64,000 bases of DNA from Eledone cirrhosa (lineage: Eukaryota), in contig OZ024758.1 in NCBI GenBank assembly GCA_964016885.1, forward strand, positions 33,852,001-33,916,000, given 5' to 3'. Made by a program: the position numbers and the translations under genes. The notes under the pieces are model-generated. The model had not been told where the DNA came from. It saw only the letters and a list, made by a program, of their open reading frames with translations, and searched no databases. Positions 26,421-40,700 of the stretch are shown here, piece by piece (the stretch's first letter is position 1; every line of letters starts with the position of its first letter).

Positions 26421-29400
26421 AGCTGTCAGAAGTAACTCCAATGTTGGTGAGAATTCATTTAAGTTCATGGTATTAGCTGTCAGAAGTAACTCCACTGTTG
26501 GTGAGAATTCATTTAAGTTCATGGTACTAGCTGTCAGAAGTAACTCCACTGTTGGTGAGAATTCATTTAAGTTCATGGTATTAGCTGTCAGAAGTCACTC
26601 CAATGTTGGTGAGAATTCATTTAAGTTCATGGTATTAGCTGTCAGAAGTCACTCCACTGTTGGTGAGAATTCATTTAAGTTCATGGTACTAGCTGTCAGA
26701 AGTAACCCCAATGTTGGTGAGAATTCATTTAAGTTCATGGTATTAGCTGTCAGAAGTCACTCCAATGTTGGTGAGAATTCATTTAAGTTCATGGTATTAG
26801 CTGTCAGAAGTAACTCCACTGTTGGTGAGAATTCATTTAAGTTCATGGTATTAGCTGTCAGAAGTAACTCCACTGTTGGTGAGAATTCATTTAAGTTCAT
26901 GGTATTAGCTGTCAGAAGTAACTCCACTGTTGGTGAGAATTCATTTAAGTTCATGGTATTAGCTGTCAGAAGGAACTCCAATGTTGGTGAGAATTCATTT
27001 AAGTCATGGTACTAGCTGTCAGAAGTAACTCCACTGTTGGTGAGAATTCATTTAAGTTCATGGTATTAGCTGTCAGAAGGAACGCCACTGTTGGTGAGAA
27101 TTCATTTAAGTTCATGGTATTAGCTGTCAGAAGTAACTCCACTGTTGGTGAGAATTCATTTAAGTTCATGGTATTAGCTGTCAGAAGGAACTCCACTGTT
27201 GGTGAGAATTCATTTAAGTTCATGGTATTAGCTGTCAGAAGTAACTCCACTGTTGGTGAGAATTCATTTATGTTCATGGTACTAGTTGTCAGAAGTAACT
27301 CCACTGTTGGTGAGAATATATTTAAGTTCATGGTATTAGTTGTCAGAAGTAACTCCACTGTTGGTGAGAATTCATTTAAGTCATGGTATTAGTTGTCAGA
27401 AGTAACTCCAATGTTGGTGAGAATTCATTTAAGTTCATGGTACTAGCTGTCAGAAGTAACTCCACTGTTGGTGAGAATTCATTTAAGTTCATGGTATTAG
27501 CTGTCAGAAGTAACTCCACTGTTGGTGAGAATTCATTTAAGTCATGGTATTAGCTGTCAGAAGTAACTCCATTGTTGGTGAGAATTCATTTAAGTCATGG
27601 TACTAGCTGTCAGAAGTAACTCCAATGTTGGTGAGAATTCATTTAAGTTCATGGTACTAGCTGTCAGAAGTAACTCCACTGTTGGTGAGAATTCATTTAA
27701 GTTCATGGTATTAGCTGTCAGAAGTAACTCCACTGTTGGTGAGAATTCATTTAAGTCATGGTATTAGTTGTCAGAAGTAACTCCAATGTTGGTGAGAATT
27801 CATTTAAGTTCATGGTACTAGCTGTCAGAAGTAACTCCACTGTTGGTGAGAATTCATTTAAGTTCATGGTATTAGCTGTCAGAAGTAACTCCACTGTTGG
27901 TGAGAATTCATTTAAGTCATGGTATTAGCTGTCAGAAGTAACTCCACTGTTGGTGAGAATTCATTTAAGTTCATGGTACTAGCTGTCAGAAGTAACTCCA
28001 CTGTTGGTGAGAATTCATTTAAGTTCATGGTACTAGCTGTCAGAAGTAACTCCACTGTTGGTGAGAATTCATTTAAGTTCATGGTACTAGCTGTCAGAAG
28101 TAACTCCACTGTTGGTGAGAATTCATTTAAGTTCATGGTACTAGCTGTCAGAAGTAACTCCAATGTTGGTGAGAATTCATTTAAGTTCATGGTATTAGCT
28201 GTCAGAAGTAACTCCAATGTTGGTGAGAATTCATTTAAGTTCATGGTATTAGCTGTCAGAAGTAACTCCACTGTTGGTGAGAATTCATTTAAGTTCATGG
28301 TATTAGCTGTCAGAAGTAACTGCACTGTTGGTGAGAATTCATTTAAGTTCATGGTAATAGTTTGTCAGAAGTAACTCCACTGTTGGTGAGAATTCATTTA
28401 AGTCATGGTATTAGTTGTCAGAAGTAACTCCAATGTCGGTGAGAATTCATTTAAGTTCATGGTACTAGCTGTCAGAAGTAACTCCACTGTTGGTGAGAAT
28501 TCATTTAAGTTCATGGTATTAGCTGTCAGAAGTAACTCCACTGTTGGTGAGAATTCATTTAAGTCATGGTATTAGCTGTCAGAAGTAACTCCACTGTTGG
28601 TGAGAATTCATTTAAGTTCATGGTACTAGCTGTCAGAAGTAACTCCACTGTTGGTGAGAATTCATTTAAGTTCATGGTAATAGTTTGTCAGAAGTAACTC
28701 CACTGTTGGTGAGAATTCATTTAAGTCATGGTATTAGTTGTCAGAAGTAACTCCAATGTCGGTGAGAATTCATTTAAGTTCATGGTACTAGCTGTCAGAA
28801 GTAACTCCACTGTTGGTGAGAATTCATTTAAGTTCATGGTATTAGCTGTCAGAAGTAACTCCACTGTTGGTGAGAATTCATTTAAGTCATGGTATTAGCT
28901 GTCAGAAGTAACTCCATTGTTGGTGAAATTTCATTTAAGTCATGGTACTAGCTGTCAGAAGTAACTCCACTGTTGGTGAGAATTCATTTAAGTTCATGGT
29001 ACTAGCTGTCAGAAGTAACTCCACTGTTGGTGAGAATTCATTTAAGTTCATGGTACTAGCTGTCAGAAGTAACTCCACTGTTGGTGAGAATTCATTTAAG
29101 TTCATCGTACTAGCTGTCAGAAGTAACTCCAATGTTGGTGAGAATTCATTTAAGTTCATGGTATTAGCTGTCAGAAGTAACTCCACTGTTGGTGAGAATT
29201 CATTTAAGTTCATGGTATTAGCTGTCAGAAGTCACTCCAATGTTGGTGAGAATTCATTTAAGTTCATGGTATTAGCTGTCAGAAGTCACTCCACTGTTGG
29301 TGAGAATTCATTTAAGTTCATGGTACTAGCTGTCAGAAGTAACCCCAATGTTGGTGAGAATTCATTTAAGTTCATGGTATTAGCTGTCAGAAGTCACTCC

Positions 29401-32400
29401 AATGTTGGTGAGAATTCATTTAAGTTCATGGTATTAGCTGTCAGAAGTAACTCCACTGTTGGTGAGAATTCATTTAAGTTCATGGTATTAGCTGTCAGAA
29501 GTAACTCCACTGTTGGTGAGAATTCATTTAAGTTCATGGTATTAGCTGTCAGAAGTAACTCCACTGTTGGTGAGAATTCATTTAAGTTCATGGTATTAGC
29601 TGTCAGAAGGAACTCCAATGTTGGTGAGAATTCATTTAAGTCATGGTACTAGCTGTCAGAAGTAACTCCACTGTTGGTGAGAATTCATTTAAGTTCATGA
29701 TATTAGCTGTCAGAAGGAACGCCACTGTTGGTGAGAATTCATTTAAGTTCATGTTATTAGCTGTCAGAAGTAACTCCACTGTTGGTGAGAATTCATTTAA
29801 GTTCATGGTACTAGCTGTCAGAAGTAATTCCAATGTTGGTGAGAATTCATTTAAGTTCATGGTATTAGCTGTCAGAAGGAACTCCACTGTTGGTGAGAAT
29901 TCATTTAAGTTCATGGTATTAGCTGTCAGAAGTAACTCCACTGTTGGTGAGAATTCATTTAAGTTCATGGTACTAGCTGTCAGAAGTAACTCCACTGTTG
30001 GTGATAATTCATTTAAGTTCATGGTAATAGTTTGTCAGAAGTAACTCCACTGTTGGTGAGAATTCATTTAAGTCATGGTATTAGTTGTCAGAAGTAACTC
30101 CAATGTTGGTGAGAATTCATTTAAGTTCATGGTACTAGCTGTCAGAAGTAACTCCACTGTTGGTGAGAATTCATTTAAGTTCATGGTATTAGCTGTCAGA
30201 AGTAACTCCACTGTTGGTGAGAATTCATTTAAGTCATGGTATTAGCTGTCAGAAGTAACTCCATTGTTGGTGAGATTTCATTTAAGTCATGGTACTAGCT
30301 GTCAGAAGTAACTCCACTGTTGGTGAGAATTCATTTAAGTTCATGGTACTAGCTGTCAGAAGTAACTCCACTGTTGGTGAGAATTCATTTAAGTTCATGG
30401 TACTAGCTGTCAGAAGTAACTCCACTGTTGGTGAGAATTCATTTAAGTTCATGGTACGAGCTGTCAGAAGTAACTCCACTGTTGGTGAGAATTCATTTAA
30501 GTTCATGGTACTAGCTGTCAGAAGTAACTCCAATGTTGGTGAGAATTCATTTAAGTTCATGGTATTAGCTGTCAGAAGTAACTCCACTGTTGGTGAGAAT
30601 TCATTTAAGTTCATGGTACTAGCTGTCAGAAGTAACTCCACTGTTGGTGAGAATTCATTTAAGTTCATGGTATTAGCTGTCAGAAGTCACTCCAATGTTG
30701 GTGAGAATTCATTTAAGTTCATGGTATTAGCTGTCAGAAGTCACTCCACTGTTGGTGAGAATTCATTTAAGTTCATGGTACTAGCTGTCAGAAGTAACCC
30801 CAATGTTGGTGAGAATTCATTTAAGTTCATGGTATTAGCTGTCAGAAGTCACTCCAATGTTGGTGAGAATTCATTTAAGTTCATGGTATTAGCTGTCAGA
30901 AGTAACTCCACTGTTGGTGAGAATTCATTTAAGTTCATGGTATTAGCTGTCAGAAGTAACTCCACTGTTGGTGAGAATTCATTTAAGTTCATGGTATTAG
31001 CTGTCAGAAGTAACTCCACTGTTGGTGAGAATTCATTTAAGTTCATGGTATTAGCTGTCAGAAGGAACTCCAATGTTGGTGAGAATTCATTTAAGTCATG
31101 GTACTAGCTGTCAGAAGTAACTCCACTGTTGGTGAGAATTCATTTAAGTTCATGGTATTAGCTGTCAGAAGGAACGCCACTGTTGGTGAGAATTCATTTA
31201 AGTTCATGGTATTAGCTGTCAGAAGTAACTCCACTGTTGGTGAGAATTCATTTAAGTTCATGGTACTAGCTGTCAGAAGTAACTCCAATGTTGGTGAGAA
31301 TTCATTTAAGTTCATGGTATTAGCTGTCAGAAGGAACTCCACTGTTGGTGAGAATTCATTTAAGTTCATGGTATTAGCTGTCAGAAGTAACTCCACTGTT
31401 GGTGAGAATTCATTTATGTTCATGGTACTAGTTGTCAGAAGTAACTCCACTGTTGGTGAGAATATATTTAAGTTCATGGTATTAGTTGTCAGAAGTAACT
31501 CCACTGTTGGTGAGAATTCATTTAAGTCATGGTATTAGTTGTCAGAAGTAACTCCAATGTTGGTGAGAATTCATTTAAGTTCATGGTACTAGCTGTCAGA
31601 AGTAACTCCACTGTTGGTGAGAATTCATTTAAGTCATGGTATTAGCTGTCAGAAGTAACTCCATTGTTGGTGAGAATTCATTTAAGTCAGGGTACTAGCT
31701 GTCAGAAGTAACTCCAATGTTGGTGAGAATTCATTTAAGTTCATGGTACTAGCTGTCAGAAGTAACTCCACTGTTGGTGAGAATTCATTTAAGTTCATGG
31801 TATTAGCTGTCAGAAGTAACTCCACTGTTGGTGAGAATTCATTTAAGTCATGGTATTAGTTGTCAGAAGTAACTCCAATGTTGGTGAGAATTCATTTAAG
31901 TTCATGGTACTAGCTGTCAGAAGTAACTCCACTGTTGGTGAGAATTCATTTAAGTTCATGGTATTAGCTGTCAGAAGTAACTCCACTGTTGGTGAGAATT
32001 CATTTAAGTCATGGTATTAGCTGTCAGAAGTAACTCCACTGTTGGTGAGAATTCATTTAAGTTCATGGTACTAGCTGTCAGAAGTAACTCCACTGTTGGT
32101 GAGAATTCATTTAAGTTCATGGTACTAGCTGTCAGAAGTAACTCCACTGTTGGTGAGAATTCATTTAAGTTCATGGTACTAGCTGTCAGAAGTAACTCCA
32201 CTGTTGGTGAGAATTCATTTAAGTTCATGGTACTAGCTGTCAGAAGTAACTCCAATGTTGGTGAGAATTCATTTAAGTTCATGGTATTAGCTGTCAGAAG
32301 TAACTCCAATGTTGGTGAGAATTCATTTAAGTTCATGGTATTAGCTGTCAGAAGTAACTCCACTGTTGGTGAGAATTCATTTAAGTTCATGGTATTAGCT

Positions 32401-32680
32401 GTCAGAAGTAACTCCACTGTTGGTGAGAATTCATTTAAGTTCATGGTAATAGTTTGTCAGAAGTAACTCCACTGTTGGTGAGAATTCATTTAAGTCATGG
32501 TATTAGTTGTCAGAAGTAACTCCAATGTCGGTGAGAATTCATTTAAGTTCATGGTACTAGCTGTCAGAAGTAACTCCACTGTTGGTGAGAATTCATTTAA
32601 GTTCATGGTATTAGCTGTCAGAAGTAACTCCACTGTTGGTGAGAATTCATTTAAGTCATGGTATTAGCTGTCAGAAGTAA
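25300..32680. repeat. Block duplication, offset 4092 bp (76 monomers): ~25300-28590 and ~29390-32680
   Basis: ORF starts 25551/29643, 26197/30289, 27006/31098 and 27919/32011. GTACGAG variant at 26366/30458. Confidence 0.82.
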
Positions 32681-34599
32681 CTCCATTGTTGGTGAAATTT
32701 CATTTAAGTCATGGTACTAGCTGTCAGAAGTAACTCCACTGTTGGTGAGAATTCATTTAAGTTCATGGTACTAGCTGTCAGAAGTAACTCCACTGTTGGT
32801 GAGAATTCATTTAAGTTCATGGTACTAGCTGTCAGAAGTAACTCCACTGTTGGTGAGAATTCATTTAAGTTCATCGTACTAGCTGTCAGAAGTAACTCCA
32901 ATGTTGGTGAGAATTCATTTAAGTTCATGGTATTAGCTGTCAGAAGTAACTCCACTGTTGGTGAGAATTCATTTAAGTTCATGGTACTAGCTGTCAGAAG
33001 AAACTCCACTGTTGGTGAGAATTCATTTAAGTTCATGGTATTAGCTGTCAGAAGTCACTCCAATGTTGGTGAGAATTCATTTAAGTTCATGGTATTAGCT
33101 GTCAGAAGTCACTCCACTGTTGGTGAGAATTCATTTAAGTTCATGGTACTAGCTGTCAGAAGTAACCCCAATGTTGGTGAGAATTCATTTAAGTTCATGG
33201 TATTAGCTGTCAGAAGTCACTCCAATGTTGGTGAGAATTCATTTAAGTTCATGGTATTAGCTGTCAGAAGTAACTCCACTGTTGGTGCGAATTCATTTAA
33301 GTTCATGGTATTAGCTGTCAGAAGTAACTCCACTGTTGGTGAGAATTCATTTAAGTTCATGGTATTAGCCGTCAGAAGTAACTCCACTGTTGGTGAGAAT
33401 TCATTTAAGTTCATGGTATTAGCTGTCAGAAGGAACTCCAATGTTGGTGAGAATTCATTTAAGTCATGGTACTAGCTGTCAGAAGTAACTCCACTGTTGG
33501 TGAGAATTCATTTAAGTTCATGGTATTAGCTGTCAGAAGGAACGCCACTGTTGGTGAGAATTCATTTAAGTTCATGGTATTAGCTGTCAGAAGTAACTCC
33601 ACTGTTGGTGAGAATTCATTTAAGTTCATGGTACTAGCTGTCAGAAGTAACTCCAATGTTGGTGAGAATTCATTTAAGTTCATGGTATTAGCTGTCAGAA
33701 GGAACTCCACTGTTGGTGAGAATTCATTTAAGTTCATGGTATTAGCTGTCAGAAGTAACTCCACTGTTGGTGAGAATTCATTTAAGTTCATGGTACTAGC
33801 TGTCAGAAGTAACTCCACTGTTGGTGATAATTCATTTAAGTTCATGGTAATAGTTTGTCAGAAGTAACTCCACTGTTGGTGAGAATTCATTTAAGTCATG
33901 GTATTAGTTGTCAGAAGTAACTCCAATGTTGGTGAGAATTCATTTAAGTTCATGGTACTAGCTGTCAGAAGTAACTCCACTGTTGGTGAGAATTCATTTA
34001 AGTTCATGGTATTAGCTGTCAGAAGTAACTCCACTGTTGGTGAGAATTCATTTAAGTCATGGTATTAGCTGTCAGAAGTAACTCCATTGTTGGTGAGATT
34101 TCATTTAAGTCATGGTACTAGCTGTCAGAAGTAACTCCACTGTTGGTGAGAATTCATTTAAGTTCATGGTACTAGCTGTCAGAAGTAACTCCACTGTTGG
34201 TGAGAATTCATTTAAGTTCATGGTACTAGCTGTCAGAAGTAACTCCACTGTTGGTGAGAATTCATTTAAGTTCATGGTACTAGCTGTCAGAAGTAACTCC
34301 ACTGTTGGTGAGAATTCATTTAAGTTCATGGTACTAGCTGTCAGAAGTAACTCCAATGTTGGTGAGAATTCATTTAAGTTCATGGTATTAGCTGTCAGAA
34401 GTAACTCCACTGTTGGTGAGAATTCATTTAAGTTCATGGTACTAGCTGTCAGAAGTAACTCCACTGTTGGTGAGAATTCATTTAAGTTCATGGTATTAGC
34501 TGTCAGAAGTCACTCCAATGTTGGTGAGAATTCATTTAAGTTCATGGTATTAGCTGTCAGAAGTCACTCCACTGTTGGTGAGAATTCATTTAAGTTCAT

Positions 34600-37500
34600 G
34601 GTACTAGCTGTCAGAAGTAACCCCAATGTTGGTGAGAATTCATTTAAGTTCATGGTATTAGCTGTCAGAAGTCACTCCAATGTTGGTGAGAATTCATTTA
34701 AGTTCATGGTATTAGCTGTCAGAAGTAACTCCACTGTTGGTGAGAATTCATTTAAGTTCATGGTATTAGCTGTCAGAAGTAACTCCACTGTTGGTGAGAA
34801 TTCATTTAAGTTCATGGTACTAGCTGTCAGAAGTAACCCCAATGTTGGTGAGAATTCATTTAAGTTCATGGTATTAGCTGTCAGAAGTCACTCCAATGTT
34901 GGTGAGAATTCATTTAAGTTCATGGTATTAGCTGTCAGAAGTCACTCCACTGTTGGTGAGAATTCATTTAAGTTCATGGTACTAGCTGTCAGAAGTAACC
35001 CCAATGTTGGTGAGAATTCATTTAAGTTCATGGTATTAGCTGTCAGAAGTCACTCCAATGTTGGTGAGAATTCATTTAAGTTCATGGTATTAGCTGTCAG
35101 AAGTAACTCCACTGTTGGTGAGAATTCATTTAAGTTCATGGTATTAGCTGTCAGAAGTAACTCCACTGTTGGTGAGAATTCATTTAAGTTCATGGTACTA
35201 GCTGTCAGAAGTAACCCCAATGTTGGTGAGAATTCATTTAAGTTCATGGTATTAGCTGTCAGAAGTCACTCCACTGTTGGTGAGAATTCATTTAAGTTCA
35301 TGGTATTAGCTGTCAGAAGTAACTCCACTGTTGGTGAGAATTCATTTAAGTTCATGGTATTAGCTGTCAGAAGTAACTCCACTGTTGGTGAGAATTCATT
35401 TAAGTTCATGGTATTAGCTGTCAGAAGGAACTCCAATGTTGGTGAGAATTCATTTAAGTCATGGTACTAGCTGTCAGAAGTAACTCCACTGTTGGTGAGA
35501 ATTCATTTAAGTTCATGGTATTAGCTGTCAGAAGGAACGCCACTGTTGGTGAGAATTCATTTAAGTTCATGGTATTAGCTGTCAGAAGTAACTCCACTGT
35601 TGGTGAGAATTCATTTAAGTTCATGGTACTAGCTGTCAGAAGTAACTCCAATGTTGGTGAGAATTCATTTAAGTTCATGGTATTAGCTGTCAGAAGGAAC
35701 TCCACTGTTGGTGAGAATTCATTTAAGTTCATGGTATTAGCTGTCAGAAGTAACTCCACTGTTGGTGAGAATTCATTTATGTTCATGGTACTAGTTGTCA
35801 GAAGTAACTCCACTGTTGGTGAGAATATATTTAAGTTCATGGTATTAGTTGTCAGAAGTAACTCCACTGTTGGTGAGAATTCATTTAAGTCATGGTATTA
35901 GTTGTCAGAAGTAACTCCAATGTTGGTGAGAATTCATTTAAGTTCATGGTACTAGCTGTCAGAAGTAACTCCACTGTTGGTGAGAATTCATTTAAGTTCA
36001 TGGTATTAGCTGTCAGAAGTAACTCCACTGTTGGTGAGAATTCATTTAAGTCATGGTATTAGCTGTCAGAAGTAACTCCATTGTTGGTGAGAATTCATTT
36101 AAGTCATGGTACTAGCTGTCAGAAGTAACTCCACTGTTGGTGAGAATTCATTTAAGTTCATGGTACTAGCTGTCAGAAGTAACCCCAATGTTGGTGAGAA
36201 TTCATTTAAGTTCATGGTATTAGCTGTCAGAAGTCACTCCAATGTTGGTGAGAATTCATTTAAGTTCATGGTATTAGCTGTCAGAAGTAACTCCACTGTT
36301 GGTGAGAATTCATTTAAGTTCATGGTATTAGCTGTCAGAAGTAACTCCACTGTTGGTGAGAATTCATTTAAGTACATGGTACTAGCTGTCAGAAGTAACC
36401 CCAATGTTGGTGAGAATTCATTTAAGTTCATGGTATTAGCTGTCAGAAGTCACTCCAATGTTGGTGAGAATTCATTTAAGTTCATGGTATTAGCTGTCAG
36501 AAGTCACTCCACTGTTGGTGAGAATTCATTTAAGTTCATGGTACTAGCTGTCAGAAGTAACCCCAATGTTGGTGAGAATTCATTTAAGTTCATGGTATTA
36601 GCTGTCAGAAGTCACTCCAATGTTGGTGAGAATTCATTTAAGTTCATGGTATTAGCTGTCAGAAGTAACTCCACTGTTGGTGAGAATTCATTTAAGTTCA
36701 TGGTATTAGCTGTCAGAAGTAACTCCACTGTTGGTGAGAATTCATTTAAGTTCATGGTACTAGCTGTCAGAAGTAACCCCAATGTTGGTGAGAATTCATT
36801 TAAGTTCATGGTATTAGCTGTCAGAAGTCACTCCACTGTTGGTGAGAATTCATTTAAGTTCATGGTATTAGCTGTCAGAAGTAACTCCACTGTTGGTGAG
36901 AATTCATTTAAGTTCATGGTATTAGCTGTCAGAAGTAACTCCACTGTTGGTGAGAATTCATTTAAGTTCATGGTATTAGCTGTCAGAAGGAACTCCAATG
37001 TTGGTGAGAATTCATTTAAGTCATGGTACTAGCTGTCAGAAGTAACTCCACTGTTGGTGAGAATTCATTTAAGTTCATGGTATTAGCTGTCAGAAGGAAC
37101 GCCACTGTTGGTGAGAATTCATTTAAGTTCATGGTATTAGCTGTCAGAAGTAACTCCACTGTTGGTGAGAATTCATTTAAGTTCATGGTACTAGCTGTCA
37201 GAAGTAACTCCAATGTTGGTGAGAATTCATTTAAGTTCATGGTATTAGCTGTCAGAAGGAACTCCACTGTTGGTGAGAATTCATTTAAGTTCATGGTATT
37301 AGCTGTCAGAAGTAACTCCACTGTTGGTGAGAATTCATTTATGTTCATGGTACTAGTTGTCAGAAGTAACTCCACTGTTGGTGAGAATATATTTAAGTTC
37401 ATGGTATTAGTTGTCAGAAGTAACTCCACTGTTGGTGAGAATTCATTTAAGTCATGGTATTAGTTGTCAGAAGTAACTCCAATGTTGGTGAGAATTCATT

Positions 37501-37720
37501 TAAGTTCATGGTACTAGCTGTCAGAAGTAACTCCACTGTTGGTGAGAATTCATTTAAGTTCATGGTATTAGCTGTCAGAAGTAACTCCACTGTTGGTGAG
37601 AATTCATTTAAGTCATGGTATTAGCTGTCAGAAGTAACTCCATTGTTGGTGAGAATTCATTTAAGTCATGGTACTAGCTGTCAGAAGTAACTCCACTGTT
37701 GGTGAGAATTCATTTAAGTT
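34600..37720. repeat. Tandem block duplication, period 1562 bp (29 monomers), each copy containing an internal 378-bp (7-monomer) duplication
   Basis: ORF pairs 34672/36234, 35050/36612 and 35461/37023 are offset by 1562. Pairs 34672/35050 and 36234/36612 are offset by 378. Confidence 0.87.
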
Positions 37721-40700
37721 CATGGTACTAGCTGTCAGAAGTAACTCCACTGTTGGTGATAATTCATTTAAGTTCATGGTAATAGTTTGTCAGAAGTAAC
37801 TCCACTGTTGGTGAGAATTCATTTAAGTGATGGTATTAGTTGTCAGAAGTAACTCCAATGTTGGTGAGAATTCATTTATGTTCATGGTACTAGCTGTCAG
37901 AAGTAACTCCACTGTTGGTGAGAATTCATTTAAGTTCATGGTATTAGCTGTCAGAAGTAACTCCACTGTTGGTGAGAATTCATTTAAGTCATGGTATTAG
38001 CTGTCAGAAGTAACTCCATTGTTGGTGAGATTTCATTTAAGTCATGGTACTAGCTGTCAGAAGTAACTCCACTGTTGGTGAGAATTCATTTAAGTTCATG
38101 GTACTAGCTGTCAGAAGTAACTCCACTGTTGGTGAGAATTCATTTAAGTTCATGGTACTAGCTGTCAGAAGTAACTCCACTGTTGGTGAGAATTCATTTA
38201 AGTTCATGGTACTAGCTGTCAGAAGTAACTCCACTGTTGGTGAGAATTCATTTAAGTTCATGGTACTAGCTGTCAGAAGTAACTCCAATGTTGGTGAGAA
38301 TTCATTTAAGTTCATGGTATTAGCTGTCAGAAGTAACTCCACTGTTGGTGAGAATTCATTTAAGTTCATGGTACTAGCTGTCAGAAGTAACTCCACTGTT
38401 GGTGAGAATTCATCTAAGTTCATGGTATTAGCTGTCAGAAGTCACTCCAATGTTGGTGAGAATTCATTTAAGTTCATGGTATTAGCTGTCAGAAGTCACT
38501 CCAATGTTGGTGAGAATTCATTTAAGTTCATGGTATTAGCTGTCAGAAGTAACTCCACTGTTGGTGAGAATTCATTTAAGTTCATGGTATTAGCTGTCAG
38601 AAGTAACTGCACTGTTGGTGAGAATTCATTTAAGTTCATGGTATTAGCTGTCAGAAGTAACTCCACTGTTGGTGAGAATTCATTTAAGTTCATGGTATTA
38701 GCTGTCAGAAGGAACTCCAATGTTGGTGAGAATTCATTTAAGTCATGGTACTAGCTGTCAGAAGTAACTCCACTGTTGGTGAGAATTCATTTAAGTTCAT
38801 GGTACTAGCTGTCAGAAGTAACTCCACTGTTGGTGATAATTCATTTAAGTTCATGGTAATAGTTTGTCAGAAGTAACTCCACTGTTGGTGAGAATTCATT
38901 TAAGTCATGGTATTAGTTGTCAGAAGTAACTCCAATGTTGGTGAGAATTCATTTAAGTTCATGGTACTAGCTGTCAGAAGTAACTCCACTGTTGGTGAGA
39001 ATTCATTTAAGTTCATGGTATTAGCTGTCAGAAGTAACTCCACTGTTGGTGAGAATTCATTTAAGTCATGGTATTAGCTGTCAGAAGTAACTCCATTGAT
39101 GGTGAGATTTCATTTAAGTCATGGTACTAGCTGTCAGAAGTAACTCCACTGTTGGTGAGAATTCATTTAAGTTCATGGTACTAGCTGTCAGAAGTAACTC
39201 CACTGTTGGTGAGAATTCATTTAAGTTCATGGTACTAGCTGTCAGAAGTAACTCCACTGTTGGTGAGAATTCATTTAAGTTCATGGTACTAGCTGTCAGA
39301 AGTAACTCCACTGTTGGTGAGAATTCATTTAAGTTCATGGTACTAGCTGTCAGAAGTAATTCCAATGTTGGTGAGAATTCATTTAAGTTCATGGTATTAG
39401 CTGTCAGAAGTAACTCCACTGTTGGTGAGAATTCATTTAAGTTCATGGTACTAGCTGTCAGAAGTAACTCCACTGTTGGTGAGAATTCATTTAAGTTCAT
39501 GGTATTAGCTGTCAGAAGTCACTCCAATGTTGGTGAGAATTCATTTAAGTTCATGGTATTAGCTGTCAGAAGTCACTCCACTGTTGGTGAGAATTCATTT
39601 AAGTTCATGGTACTAGCTGTCAGAAGTAACACCAATGTTGGTGAGAATTCATTTAAGTTCATGGTATTAGCTGTCAGAAGTCACTCCAATGTTGGTGAGA
39701 ATTCATTTAAGTTCATGGTATTAGCTGTCAGAAGTAACTCCACTGTTGGTGAGAATTCATTTAAGTTCATGGTATTAGCTGTCAGAAGTAACTCCACTGT
39801 TGGTGAGAATTCATTTAAGTTCATGGTATTAGCTGTCAGAAGTAACTCCACTGTTGGTGAGAATTCATTTAAGTTCATGGTATTAGCTGTCAGAAGGAAC
39901 TCCAATGTTGGTGAGAATTCATTTAAGTCATGGTACTAGCTGTCAGAAGTAACTCCACTGTTGGTGAGAATTCATTTAAGTTCATGGTATTAGCTGTCAG
40001 AAGGAACGCCACTGTTGGTGAGAATTCATTTAAGTTCATGGTATTAGCTGTCAGAAGTAACTCCACTGTTGGTGAGAATTCATTTAAGTTCATGGTACTA
40101 GCTGTCAGAAGTAACTCCAATGTTGGTGAGAATTCATTTAAGTTCATGGTATTAGCTGTCAGAAGGAACTCCACTGTTGGTGAGAATTCATTTAAGTTCA
40201 TGGTATTAGCTGTCAGAAGTAACTCCACTGTTGGTGAGAATTCATTTATGTTCATGGTACTAGTTGTCAGAAGTAACTCCACTGTTGGTGAGAATATATT
40301 TAAGTTCATGGTATTAGTTGTCAGAAGTAACTCCACTGTTGGTGAGAATTCATTTAAGTCATGGTATTAGTTGTCAGAAGTAACTCCAATGTTGGTGAGA
40401 ATTCATTTAAGTTCATGGTACTAGCTGTCAGAAGTAACTCCACTGTTGGTGAGAATTCATTTAAGTTCATGGTATTAGCTGTCAGAAGTAACTCCACTGT
40501 TGGTGAGAATTCATTTAAGTCATGGTATTAGCTGTCAGAAGTAACTCCATTGTTGGTGAGAATTCATTTAAGTCATGGTACTAGCTGTCAGAAGTAACTC
40601 CACTGTTGGTGAGAATTCATTTAAGTTCATGGTACTAGCTGTCAGAAGTAACTCCACTGTTGGTGATAATTCATTTAAGTTCATGGTAATAGTTTGTCAG

